Assembly: GCA_029858205.1 (NCBI GenBank)
Contig: JAOUFM010000003.1
Location: 210,936-274,935 of the forward strand
Length of the DNA stretch: 64,000 nucleotides
Direction of reading: 5' to 3'
Source of the DNA: Deltaproteobacteria bacterium
GTDB taxonomy: Bacteria; Desulfobacterota; GWC2-55-46; DRQE01
This document shows positions 47,823-57,212 of this stretch, piece by piece. The position numbers and the translations under genes were made by a program. The first letter of the stretch is position 1. Every line of letters begins with the position of its first letter. The notes under the pieces were generated by a model. The model was not told the origin of the DNA and searched no databases. It saw only the letters and a program-made list of their open reading frames with translations.

Positions 47823-48730
47823 AAAGTACCGAGCGGTATTACTCGCTGTCGTCGTATCTGAAAGAGACCTACGGCGCGGCACTAAGAAAGGTCTCCATAG
47901 ACGCGGGTTTTACCTGCCCAACGCGCGACGGAACGATTACTACGGGCGGCTGCGCGTACTGCAATGCCGACACGCTAAGGTTCGAGGATAACTCGCAAAA
48001 ACTCGCCATAACCGAACAAATCAATAACGGAATAGCAAGGCTTGGGGAAAAAACAGCGCCCGGGGTCATTGCCTACTTTCAGGTAAACACCAATACATAC
48101 AAAGACGCCGACACACTTAAAAAACTTTACCTCGAAGCTGCAACACATCCAAAGGTGCGCATCGTGGCTGTATCCACCAGGCCCGATTGTCTTGAAGACA
48201 GCGCTCTCGATATATTGGAAGACATCCGCAAAACAAAGCCCGTATGGCTGGAGATGGGGCTCCAGAGCTCAAACGACGCAACCCTCAAGGCCATAAACCG
48301 CGGCCATACGCAAAAAGATTTCGATGACGCGCTAAAAAAGGCCGTAAAAAGGAACCTCGATGTCTGCGGCCATGTAATATTGGGCCTTCCTGGCGAGGAC
48401 AAAGAGACCATGCTCAAATCAGTAAGGTTTCTTGCTCGTCGCGGCATCTGGGGCATAAAGTTGCATCAATTGGACATTGTAAAAGATACGCTGTTTGCAG
48501 CGAAGTACGAGTGCGGCAGAATCAAAACTCTTTCCCTTGATGAATACGCCGAAATAGTGGTAGAATCCCTTGAACTGCTCCCTGCGTCAACGGTAATACA
48601 CAGGCTTTCCGGGGACACTAAAAAAGAGCTCCTCGTTTCGCCGCTATGGGGGCTTGAAAAACTAAAGGTCAAAAATAAAATCGAAAAGCTGCTTACGGAA
48701 AAAAACACGCGGCAAGGGGCGAAATACTAG
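47819..48730 (+). CDS. TIGR01212-family radical SAM protein
   Basis: YYSLSSYLKETYGAALRKVSIDAGFTCPTRDG...GGCAYCN, and later EMGLQS. It overlaps the upstream gene by 4 nt. Confidence 0.8.
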   Translation: MKSTERYYSLSSYLKETYGAALRKVSIDAGFTCPTRDGTITTGGCAYCNADTLRFEDNSQKLAITEQINNGIARLGEKTAPGVIAYFQVNTNTYKDADTLKKLYLEAATHPKVRIVAVSTRPDCLEDSALDILEDIRKTKPVWLEMGLQSSNDATLKAINRGHTQKDFDDALKKAVKRNLDVCGHVILGLPGEDKETMLKSVRFLARRGIWGIKLHQLDIVKDTLFAAKYECGRIKTLSLDEYAEIVVESLELLPASTVIHRLSGDTKKELLVSPLWGLEKLKVKNKIEKLLTEKNTRQGAKY

Positions 48731-48767
48731 CCCTGATATAAAACGAATACAGAGGAGACCACACAAA

Positions 48768-49838
48768 ATGACCGACCCAAAGATAAAAAAGCTCGCATCC
48801 ATACTCGTTAACCACTCGGTTACAGCGAAAAAAGGCGATGTCGTGCAGATAAACGCCGGAACAGAGCTTGCAAAGCCGCTTGCGCTCGAGGTATATAAAG
48901 AAGCGCTCAAAGCCGGCGCGCATCCTTTTATAAATGTCGGGTTCGAAGAAGCAAACAAAATATTCTACGACATGGCCACAAAAGACCAGCTCCAAAACTT
49001 CCCAAAAATAAAGATGTTCGAGGCAGAGAACATAGATTGCGTCATAAGCATCGCTGCGCCGTACAACAAAAAGTCCATGTCAACGGTCAACCCGGCAAAG
49101 GTGGGAGAGAGAAGTAAGATTATCAGAAAAATCCGCGACACCATTATAAATAAAAAGCGCTGGGTCATAACGAACTTCCCCACACACGCCCTTGCGCAGG
49201 AAGCGGACATGACGCTGCCTGATTACGAGGAATTCCTTTATAAGGCCACCAACATCGACTGGAACAAAGCAAAGGTCATGGGCAATAAAATCAAGCGCGT
49301 GCTCGACAAAGGCAACACCGTGCGAATAGTCGGCAAGGATACGGACCTTACGCTAAACATCAAGGGCAGGCGGAGCATCCCCTGCTTTGGCGAGAGGAAC
49401 ATGCCGGACGGCGAGACCTTCATGTCGCCAATCGAGGACTCGGCAGAGGGTAAAATCTACTACGAGATGCCTGCCATATACCAGGGCAGAGAGGTCACCG
49501 GCATACGCCTTACCTTCAGGAAAGGCAAGGTCGTGGAGGCCAGAGCCGATAAGAACGAGGCATTCCTAAACGCCATGCTCGACACAGACAAGGGCGGCAG
49601 ATATCTTGGCGAGCTCGGCATAGGCTTTAACTACGGCATACAGAAGTTCACGAAAGACATCCTTTTCGACGAAAAGATCGGCGGCACCGTGCACCTTGCG
49701 GTCGGCAAATCCTACGAAGAGGTCGGCGGCAAGAACGTCTCTGCCATACACTGGGACATGATAAAGGATTTACGCCAGGGCGGGGCCATATACATAGACG
49801 GCAAGGCCATACAGAAAAACGGCAAGTTCCTCATATAA
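48768..49838 (+). CDS. aminopeptidase, M29 (AmpS/PepS) family
   Basis: KLASILVNHSVTAKKGDVV, NMPDGETF and GGTVHLAVGKSY. 356 aa. Confidence 0.8.
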   Translation: MTDPKIKKLASILVNHSVTAKKGDVVQINAGTELAKPLALEVYKEALKAGAHPFINVGFEEANKIFYDMATKDQLQNFPKIKMFEAENIDCVISIAAPYNKKSMSTVNPAKVGERSKIIRKIRDTIINKKRWVITNFPTHALAQEADMTLPDYEEFLYKATNIDWNKAKVMGNKIKRVLDKGNTVRIVGKDTDLTLNIKGRRSIPCFGERNMPDGETFMSPIEDSAEGKIYYEMPAIYQGREVTGIRLTFRKGKVVEARADKNEAFLNAMLDTDKGGRYLGELGIGFNYGIQKFTKDILFDEKIGGTVHLAVGKSYEEVGGKNVSAIHWDMIKDLRQGGAIYIDGKAIQKNGKFLI

Positions 49839-49850
49839 GCCACACCCTTC

Positions 49851-50930
49851 ATGTCCGTTCGCGCCGCAATATCACGCAAAATAAACATTATATATGACGC
49901 GCTCCCTGCCCCTGTAAAAATGGGTTGGGCGCGCGCGCGTGTACATATAACGCTTAAGCGCGTTATTATAATCACCGCGATACTCGTGGTTGCAGGCGGC
50001 ATTTCATTTGCCCTCTGGACGCGAAAGGCGCCGGACGTTAGTAAACTCAAAAAACAAAGCCCCGGCATAACGCTAAAGCTCAAGACAGCAGATGGCAAGG
50101 AGCGGCTCTTCGACGTCGGGACAAAGAACCCGTCGTGGACACCAATAGACAACGTGCCGCAAAACCTCATAACCGCCATAATTCAGAGCGAGGACATTTC
50201 GTTTTACTCGCACCACGGCTTCGATTTTTCCGAGATATGGGACGCGATAAAGACCGATATAGAGGAAATGAGTTATGTAAGGGGCGCATCGACCATTTCC
50301 ATGCAACTCGTGAAAAACCTCTATCTTACGAGAGAAAAATCAATGGGAAGAAAGATAAAAGAGGCCTACCTCGTCGTAAAGATGGAAAAGGCTATTTCCA
50401 AAAAGCGCATCATGGAGCTTTACTTGAACATCGTCGAATGGGGCCCCGGGGTTTACGGCGTAAAGGAGGCTTCGGCCTACTACTTCGGCAAAACACCCTC
50501 GGAACTGACGCTCGACGAAGCAGCGGTGCTCGCCGTGATACTGCCAAACCCGGTCTACTATAACCCGTACAAGCGGCCCAAGTATGCAGAGAAAAAGAAA
50601 GTACAAATACTGGAGCGCATGCTAAAACGCGGTCACATAACCGAAGAGGCATTCAAAACAGCGCTCGAGGCCCCGCTTGCCTTAAAGAACGTCGCAAAGG
50701 GCGCGGCAGAGGCCGAGGCATGGGAAAAGGGATTTCCGGATGAAGAAGACACCGAAGAAACACCCGGCACGCCGGCAAAGACTGGTGACGCTACCGCGCC
50801 TTCGAAAGAGGAATCTTTAGAAAACCCGGCAGACGCAGGAACAGCCGAAGACCAGAAACCGCAAACAGACAACGACACAGGCAAGGCAACCGAAGGTACA
50901 GCTCCGGCACAGGCTCCGGCCGCAAATTAA
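49851..50930 (+). CDS. mtgA: monofunctional peptidoglycan glycosyltransferase (GT51) with acidic/Pro/Thr-rich C-terminal tail
   Basis: IQSEDISFYSHHGFD, RGASTISMQLVKNL and KKRIMELYLNIVEWG. It has an N-terminal TM anchor. The last roughly 80 aa are low complexity (EEDTEETPGTPAKTGDATAP...). Confidence 0.85.
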   Translation: MSVRAAISRKINIIYDALPAPVKMGWARARVHITLKRVIIITAILVVAGGISFALWTRKAPDVSKLKKQSPGITLKLKTADGKERLFDVGTKNPSWTPIDNVPQNLITAIIQSEDISFYSHHGFDFSEIWDAIKTDIEEMSYVRGASTISMQLVKNLYLTREKSMGRKIKEAYLVVKMEKAISKKRIMELYLNIVEWGPGVYGVKEASAYYFGKTPSELTLDEAAVLAVILPNPVYYNPYKRPKYAEKKKVQILERMLKRGHITEEAFKTALEAPLALKNVAKGAAEAEAWEKGFPDEEDTEETPGTPAKTGDATAPSKEESLENPADAGTAEDQKPQTDNDTGKATEGTAPAQAPAAN

Positions 50931-50978
50931 GACACCTTGCCGCCTGGAATTCCCTGTCTTTTTTAAACAGTTATCCCC

Positions 50979-51008
50979 TTGACATAAAACGCGCTAAAAG
51001 GCTATCAT
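50979..51008 (+). promoter_or_regulatory. putative sigma-70 promoter upstream of gmhA
   Basis: TTGACA (50979-50984), an 18-nt spacer, then TATCAT (51003-51008), with ATG at 51024. The implied leader is very short and no clear SD is visible. Confidence 0.3.
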
Positions 51009-51023
51009 CTCATATACTATATT

Positions 51024-51604
51024 ATGGAAGAACTGACACTTAAAATATTCAGGGAAAGCATTAAGGCAAAAGAAAAATTCCTTATCAAGGCGAACGTTGC
51101 GCGACTGGTAAAGTGCGCCGAGCTCATTGCCGCGGCATTCACCTCCGGAGGTAAGCTCATCGTCGCGGGAAACGGCGGAAGCGCAGCGGATGCACAGCAC
51201 ATAGCAGCCGAGTTCGTGAACCGCTTCCTGATAGAAAGGCCGCCTCTGCCTGCGCTGGCATTAACGACAGACTCGTCGATACTTACGTCAATTGGCAATG
51301 ACTACGACTTCTCGCTTGTATTTGCCAAACAGGTCAAGGCCCTTGGCAAAGAAGGCGACGTCTGCTTGCCATATCAACAAGCGGCAATTCCCAAAACGTC
51401 ATAAAGGCCATGGACGAGGCAAAAAAGATAGGCATAACGACCATCGCGCTGACAGGCAAGGACGGCGGCAAGATGGCCAAGAAAGCGGACATAGTATTAA
51501 ACGTGCCGACTGACTCGACACCAAGGGTGCAGGAAACACACCTTGTTATACTGCACACGCTCTGCGAGCTCGTGGACACTATACTGTTCAACAAGAAAAA
51601 CTGA
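51024..51604 (+). pseudogene. gmhA: D-sedoheptulose 7-phosphate isomerase (SIS domain) interrupted by a 1-nt frameshift at about 51360-51362
   Basis: Frame A reads ...[26 protein letters not shown]...[10 protein letters not shown] and then runs into nonsense and a stop at 51402-51404. The frame shifted by one base, from 51362, reads [36 protein letters not shown]...RVQETHLVILH. Inserting one base after GAC GT restores a canonical roughly 193-aa GmhA. Confidence 0.8.
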
Positions 51605-51607
51605 GCC

Positions 51608-52558
51608 ATGAAATTCAAGCCGCTGGACCTTAAAAAAATACGCACCTATTCGGTGAAAAAGAGACGCAGCAAAGTCTCTTTATCGAAAAAGGCGGCGATA
51701 TATAAAGGAGGCTGTTCTTTTAAAGAGTTTCTCTGCACGCTGCCAGGAATACTCGCTGCAAGCGATTTAAAGGCAGTTGTCGCTGCAATGGCCAGGGCGC
51801 ACAGGGATAAACGCACCATCGCCCTTGGCATGGGCGCGCACGTGATAAAGACCGGGCTTAGCCCGCTTATAATCGAGCTCATGGAGCGCGGCATAGTAAA
51901 TGCCGTTGCAACAAATGGCGCGTGCATAATACACGACTTCGAGCTTGCGTACCTCGGCCAAACTTCGGAAGATGTGGACAAAGAACTACGAAGCGGCATG
52001 TTCGGCATGGCCAGGGAAACAGGCGAGCTTTTAAACAACGCCATAGGCAGGGGCGTAAAAAAAGGCTACGGCCTCGGTAAAGCGGTTGGCGAGTTCATTT
52101 TGAACTCGAAGTTCCCGAATAAGGATGTTAGCATATTCGCCGCTGCCGAACGGCTGAATGTGCCTATAACCGTGCACGTTGCGCTCGGCACAGACATCAT
52201 ACACGCGCACCCGAGCATGAACGGCAGCCTTACCGGAGAAGGCTCGATGCGCGACTTTAAGATATTTTCATCGGTCGTGCAGGCATTGTCAAAAGGAGTA
52301 TTTCTAAATATCGGCTCTGCCGTGCTTATACCGGAGGTTTTTTTAAAGGCACTCACGCTTTCGAGAAACATCGGGGGCGGAGAAAAGGCAGTGAAGGATT
52401 TTACGACCGTTGACATGGACTTTGTCAGGCACTACAGGCCCATGATGAACGTTGTGAAACGCCCTACCGCCGGAAGCGGCAAGGGGTACGCTCTCATCGG
52501 GCATCATGAAATAATGTTGCCGCTTTTATTCGCGGCTCTCATCGAAGAACTGGCATAG
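51608..52558 (+). CDS. hypothetical protein, possibly deoxyhypusine synthase-like (DHS-like NAD-binding fold)
   Basis: GMGAHVIKTGLSPLIIELMERGIVNAVATNGACIIHDFE loosely resembles the DHS-family core pattern. 316 aa. It starts 3 nt after the gmhA stop. The call is tentative. Confidence 0.3.
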   Translation: MKFKPLDLKKIRTYSVKKRRSKVSLSKKAAIYKGGCSFKEFLCTLPGILAASDLKAVVAAMARAHRDKRTIALGMGAHVIKTGLSPLIIELMERGIVNAVATNGACIIHDFELAYLGQTSEDVDKELRSGMFGMARETGELLNNAIGRGVKKGYGLGKAVGEFILNSKFPNKDVSIFAAAERLNVPITVHVALGTDIIHAHPSMNGSLTGEGSMRDFKIFSSVVQALSKGVFLNIGSAVLIPEVFLKALTLSRNIGGGEKAVKDFTTVDMDFVRHYRPMMNVVKRPTAGSGKGYALIGHHEIMLPLLFAALIEELA

Positions 52559-52577
52559 ACAAAAAGGTTTTCTAAAG

Positions 52578-53969
52578 ATGGCTACGAAAAATAAAAAACT
52601 CTGGGCAGGACGCTTCAAGGCCGCGACCGATAAGATTGCGGAAGAGCTGAACGCGTCCATCGCCTTCGACAAGCGCCTCTTTCGTCAAGACATACGCGGC
52701 TCGATTGCGCACGCCATGACGCTAAAAAAGGCCCGCGTGCTTACGGCAAAGGAGGCCTCGCGCATAATCACGGGGCTAAAGGCCGTTGAGGCTGAAATCG
52801 CATCGGGTAAATTCAAACCTGGCGCGGAATACGAAGACATACACATGGCAGTTGAGGCGCGGCTTACGCAGAAAATAGGCCCGCTTGGCGGAAAGCTCCA
52901 TACCGGGCGTTCGAGAAACGACCAGGTAGCACTCGATATACGCATGTATCTCAAGGACGAGATAGCAGAGATACAGAAACTTCTTACTTCGCTAAAGCAG
53001 GCGACATACGAGGTTGCGCTAAAGAACGCGGACACGGTCATGCCCGGGTACACGCACCTTCAAAGAGCGCAGCCCGTGCTTCTTGCTCACCACATGCTCG
53101 CGTACTATGAAATGTTTACCCGCGACTCGGAGCGTCTCCTGGACGTATTCAAACGCGCCGACTCGATGCCGCTTGGCTCCGGAGCGCTTGCCGGAAGCCC
53201 GTACAAGCTCGACCGCTTCTACACAGCGCGGCTTCTTAAGTTCTCGCGCGTAACGGAAAACAGCATGGACGCTGTCGGGGACCGCGACTTCATAATAGAG
53301 TTCCTTGCAGCCGCTTCTATTATAATGATGCACCTTTCGCGCCTCTCCGAGGAGCTTATCATCTGGGCCTCGAATGAGTTCAGCTTTATCGAGCTATCGG
53401 ATGAGTACTCTACCGGCTCATCCATCATGCCGCAAAAGAAGAACCCGGACATGGCAGAGCTCGCGCGCGGAAAGACAGGGCGCGTATACGGCTCGCTTAT
53501 CTCGGTGCTTACGACGATGAAGGCGCTTCCGCTTGCATATAATAAAGACATGCAGGAGGATAAAGAACCTCTATTCGACGCAATCGACACGCTAAAGGCC
53601 GTGCTCGCGGTCTTTACTCCTATGATAAAGAAGATGCGCGTAAACAAAGCGGCCATGCGTAAGGCTACTGCTGCGGGGTTTTTGACCGCAACTGACGCGG
53701 CAGACTATCTTGTCAAACGGGGGCTGCCCTTTAGAAACGCGCATGAGGTAGCAGGAAAGATAGTCGCGTACTGCATAGAAAAAGACAAAACTCTCGAAGA
53801 CCTTACAATGGATGAGTGGAAAAAGTTTTCTCCCCTCTTCTCTGCGTCTATAAAAGACGCGGTAAAGGCCGAGAGCTCGCTTACTTCGCGCGTTATTTAT
53901 GGCGGGACAGGCTACAATGCGGTTAAAAAACGCCTTACGGAAGTAAAAAAGAAGCTGAAGAAGGGCTGA
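52578..53969 (+). CDS. argH: argininosuccinate lyase
   Basis: KLWAGRF, and the fumarate-lyase signature GSSIMPQKKNPD. 463 aa. Confidence 0.95.
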   Translation: MATKNKKLWAGRFKAATDKIAEELNASIAFDKRLFRQDIRGSIAHAMTLKKARVLTAKEASRIITGLKAVEAEIASGKFKPGAEYEDIHMAVEARLTQKIGPLGGKLHTGRSRNDQVALDIRMYLKDEIAEIQKLLTSLKQATYEVALKNADTVMPGYTHLQRAQPVLLAHHMLAYYEMFTRDSERLLDVFKRADSMPLGSGALAGSPYKLDRFYTARLLKFSRVTENSMDAVGDRDFIIEFLAAASIIMMHLSRLSEELIIWASNEFSFIELSDEYSTGSSIMPQKKNPDMAELARGKTGRVYGSLISVLTTMKALPLAYNKDMQEDKEPLFDAIDTLKAVLAVFTPMIKKMRVNKAAMRKATAAGFLTATDAADYLVKRGLPFRNAHEVAGKIVAYCIEKDKTLEDLTMDEWKKFSPLFSASIKDAVKAESSLTSRVIYGGTGYNAVKKRLTEVKKKLKKG

Positions 53970-53980
53970 GACCGCGGTTT

Positions 53981-54151
53981 ATGAAAAAGGCCGTAAAGGG
54001 ATTTTTATTTTCTTTTGTCTGCGCCGTGGCGACAGCGGCTTTTTTCCTAACCGCATCCGGGTGCGGCAAGAAGACCGCGCCAAAACCGCCAATTGAAAAT
54101 AACGCTGCAGAAACACCGGCAACTACCACCAACGATAACGGAGGAAAATAA
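53981..54151 (+). CDS. small lipoprotein (56 aa; LptM/YifL-like by position), not in ORF track
   Basis: Manual translation gives MKKAVKGFLFSFVCAVATAAFFLTASGCGKKTAPKPPIENNAAETPATTTNDNGGK. It has a signal peptide plus lipobox (LTASG-C) and a Pro/Thr-rich tail. It fits exactly between the argH stop and the lysA ATG (54155). Confidence 0.6.
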   Translation: MKKAVKGFLFSFVCAVATAAFFLTASGCGKKTAPKPPIENNAAETPATTTNDNGGK

Positions 54152-54154
54152 CAG

Positions 54155-55444
54155 ATGCACCACTTCGAATACAAAGGACAAAAACTTCATGCCGAAGGCG
54201 TTGCGCTAGATAAAATTGCAACAAAGACAGGCACGCCCGTGTTCGTCTACAGCCTTAAAACGCTAAGGCGCCACATAAACGCATTTTCCGAGGCCTTCAG
54301 CTCCGCGCCCCACATTATATGCTACTCGGTCAAGGCAAACTCCAATATCGCTATCCTCAAGACCTTTGCAAGAGAAGGAAGCGGCTTTGACATCGTATCC
54401 GCGGGAGAGCTCTACAGGGTCGTAAAGGCCGGAGGAGATTCGAAGAAGGTCGTGTTTTCGGGTGTAGGCAAAAAGGTTGATGAGATAGAATTCGCAATCA
54501 AGAAAAATATTCTCATGTTCAACGCCGAGAGCCCCGAAGAGCTCGCTGCCATAAACGCCGTTGCAAAGCGCCTTAAAAAAAAGGTTGCCGTGGCGATAAG
54601 GATAAATCCGGACGTGAACCCGAAAACGCACCCCTACATTTCAACCGGTCTAAAGAAAAACAAGTTCGGCATAGAGACCGAGGAGGCGATAAAGCAGTAC
54701 GCCTACGCAAAGAGCAATTACAAGAACCTCGACATGGCGGGTGTTGACTGCCATATAGGCTCGCAGATAACGGAGCTTACGCCCTTTGGCGACGCGCTCG
54801 AAAAAGTAAAGGACGTCATCAACCGCCTTAGAAAGACGGGCACGAACATACGCTACCTGGACATGGGCGGCGGGCTCGGCATAACCTATAAGGATGAGGC
54901 AGCCCCTCACCCGTCGAACTACGGCACGGAAATACTTAAACGTACCGCAGGCCTTGGCGTTACTCTTATATTCGAGCCCGGAAGAAATATCGTCGGCAAC
55001 GCCGGAGTGCTTGTAACGCGCGTCGTGTACACAAAACAGGGCTCCCTTAAGAAATTCGTCATCTCCGACGCCGCGATGAACGACCTGCCGCGCCCGAGCC
55101 TCTACGGCTCGTACCACGCGATAAAGCCCGTTGACTTAAGAAAGAGCGCTCCTGACGAGGTCGTAGACGTCGTAGGCCCAATCTGCGAGAGCGGCGACTT
55201 CTTTGCCCACGACAGAGAAATATCAAAGGTAACAAGTGGCGAGCTCCTTGCCCTTATGAGCGCCGGGGCGTACTGTTTCTCGATGTCTAGTAACTATAAC
55301 TCGCGCCCGAGGGCAGCGGAAGTAATCGTGGATGGCAAAGACTTTCACGTGATAAGAAAACGCGAAACCCTCGAAGACATTGTGCGAAACGAAGTAATAC
55401 CTGCAAAGCTATTCAAGGGCGCAAAGGCAAGGAAAGGAAAATAA
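54155..55444 (+). CDS. lysA: diaminopimelate decarboxylase
   Basis: YSVKANSN (PLP lysine), GGGLGI, EPGRNIVGNAG, and CESGD. 429 aa. Confidence 0.95.
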   Translation: MHHFEYKGQKLHAEGVALDKIATKTGTPVFVYSLKTLRRHINAFSEAFSSAPHIICYSVKANSNIAILKTFAREGSGFDIVSAGELYRVVKAGGDSKKVVFSGVGKKVDEIEFAIKKNILMFNAESPEELAAINAVAKRLKKKVAVAIRINPDVNPKTHPYISTGLKKNKFGIETEEAIKQYAYAKSNYKNLDMAGVDCHIGSQITELTPFGDALEKVKDVINRLRKTGTNIRYLDMGGGLGITYKDEAAPHPSNYGTEILKRTAGLGVTLIFEPGRNIVGNAGVLVTRVVYTKQGSLKKFVISDAAMNDLPRPSLYGSYHAIKPVDLRKSAPDEVVDVVGPICESGDFFAHDREISKVTSGELLALMSAGAYCFSMSSNYNSRPRAAEVIVDGKDFHVIRKRETLEDIVRNEVIPAKLFKGAKARKGK

Positions 55445-55450
55445 CGCATC

Positions 55451-56272
55451 ATGACGCTAAGATTCACAAAGATGCACGGCCTGGGTAACGACTTCATCGT
55501 GCTGGACTTGAGAAAAAAAGATTTAAAGAGCCTGCCCGCTCTCATGAAAAAGCTCGGGCACAGGAACTTCGGCATTGGCTTTGACCAGGCGCTCGTGCTT
55601 AAAAACTCGAAAAAAGCCGACTTTAGGATGGACATCTATAACAGCGACGGCAGCCGTGTTGAGATGTGCGGAAATGGCATCAGGTGCCTCGCAAACTACA
55701 TATGGGAAACAGGGCTTAGCAAAAAGCCGGTTCTCGAAATAGAAACCCTTGCCGGCATTATCAGGCCAAGGAAGGCAGGAAAGCTCGTTACCGTTGACAT
55801 GGGAGAGCCAATACTCGAAGGCAAACTCATACCGACAACCGCCTCCGGCCATATAAAGAAAAGGCCGCTTAAGGCGCTGGACAGGACATTTTCAATTACA
55901 TGCGTATCAATGGGCAACCCGCACTGCGTAATACCGGTAAAGGACGTCGACTCATATCCGGTTACAAAGTACGGCCCGTTCCTCGAAACAAACAAGTTCT
56001 TCCCAAAACGTACGAATGTAGAATTTATAGAAATAACAAACCCCGCTCGCATAAAGATGCGCGTATGGGAAAGGGGCGCTGGCGAGACCATGGCCTGCGG
56101 CACAGGGGCGTGCGGCGCGGCAGTTGCGGCGAACCTCCTGGGGCTCGCAAAGCGGCGTGTCACAATGGAGCTAAAGGGCGGAAATCTGAACATACACTGG
56201 AACGAAAAAGACAACCGCGTGTACATGACAGGGCCTGCCGTAAAGGTGTTCGACGGCACGCTGGAACTTTAA
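55451..56272 (+). CDS. dapF: diaminopimelate epimerase
   Basis: FTKMHGLGNDFIVLD, the catalytic Cys contexts EMCGNGIRC and ACGTGACG. 273 aa. Confidence 0.95.
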   Translation: MTLRFTKMHGLGNDFIVLDLRKKDLKSLPALMKKLGHRNFGIGFDQALVLKNSKKADFRMDIYNSDGSRVEMCGNGIRCLANYIWETGLSKKPVLEIETLAGIIRPRKAGKLVTVDMGEPILEGKLIPTTASGHIKKRPLKALDRTFSITCVSMGNPHCVIPVKDVDSYPVTKYGPFLETNKFFPKRTNVEFIEITNPARIKMRVWERGAGETMACGTGACGAAVAANLLGLAKRRVTMELKGGNLNIHWNEKDNRVYMTGPAVKVFDGTLEL

Positions 56273-56317
56273 CGGATTTAAAGGTATAATTACCGGATAC
56301 AAAAGGAGTGGCCTGAA

Positions 56318-57205
56318 ATGTTCAAAGGATGCTTCACGGCAATAGTAACGCCGTTTAAAAACAACCGCGTTGACACCGACGCGCTCACTAACTTCATTCG
56401 CTTTCAGATAAAAAGCGGCATAGCAGGCATCGTTCCATGCGGCTCAACGGGCGAGGCTGCGACACTAACCTATGAAGAACACTACCGCGTCATCAACATC
56501 TCGCTCGAGGCTGCGAACGCAAAGATCCCGGTAATCGCCGGCACAGGCTCGAACTCGACAGCCGAGACCATAACACTTACAAAATACGCAGAAAGGGCCG
56601 GAGCGGACGCAGCGCTTCTCTCTACCCCCTACTATAACAAGCCAACGCAGCGCGGTCTCTATGAACACTACAAGGCGGTAGCAGAAGCGGTCACCATACC
56701 GCTTATCCTTTATAACGTGCCCGGAAGGACCGGGGTAAACATGCTTCCGGAGACGGTTGCGAGGCTTTCGGAACTTAAAAACATCGTCGGCATAAAAGAG
56801 GCCACCGGAAACCTCGAGCAGATAAGCAACGTAATCGAGTTCTCGAAAAAGGACTTTATCGTGCTCTCCGGCGACGACGCAACGACTCTGCCGCTTCTCT
56901 CAATTGGCGGGCACGGCACGATATCGGTCACATCGAATGTCGCGCCAGGGGACATGGTCGCGCTTTGTAGCCTGTTTTGCAGGGGCAAGATGGCGGAGGC
57001 AAGAAAGCTGCACTATAAGCTTCAGCAGCTAAACCGCGTGATGTTCATCGAAACAAACCCCGTGCCCGTAAAAACAGCGCTTGCGCTTATGGGCTTGATG
57101 GGCCCGGAACTAAGGCTTCCGCTCGTGGGGCTCGAAGACGGGAATCTTAAGAAACTAAAGGCCGCTCTAAAGGCCTACGGGCTTTTGAAAGGCCGCGCGA
57201 GGTAA
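56318..57205 (+). CDS. dapA: 4-hydroxy-tetrahydrodipicolinate synthase
   Basis: AIVTPF, GIVPCGSTGEA, YNKPTQ, YNVPGRTG, and IVGIKEATG (Schiff-base Lys). Confidence 0.95.
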   Translation: MFKGCFTAIVTPFKNNRVDTDALTNFIRFQIKSGIAGIVPCGSTGEAATLTYEEHYRVINISLEAANAKIPVIAGTGSNSTAETITLTKYAERAGADAALLSTPYYNKPTQRGLYEHYKAVAEAVTIPLILYNVPGRTGVNMLPETVARLSELKNIVGIKEATGNLEQISNVIEFSKKDFIVLSGDDATTLPLLSIGGHGTISVTSNVAPGDMVALCSLFCRGKMAEARKLHYKLQQLNRVMFIETNPVPVKTALALMGLMGPELRLPLVGLEDGNLKKLKAALKAYGLLKGRAR

Positions 57206-57212
57206 TATAGAA

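Noticed and set aside
51355-51365. Programmed -1 ribosomal frameshift as the explanation for the split gmhA
   Set aside because: The site (g gac gtc tgc) has no X XXY YYZ slippery heptamer, no homopolymer run and no obvious downstream stem-loop. A mutation or a sequencing/assembly error is more parsimonious.
53935-54174. 79-aa minus-strand ORF between argH and lysA
   Set aside because: It overlaps the ends of both flanking genes and has no start context. It is antisense to a plus-strand ORF with a clear signal peptide and lipobox that fits the intergenic gap exactly.
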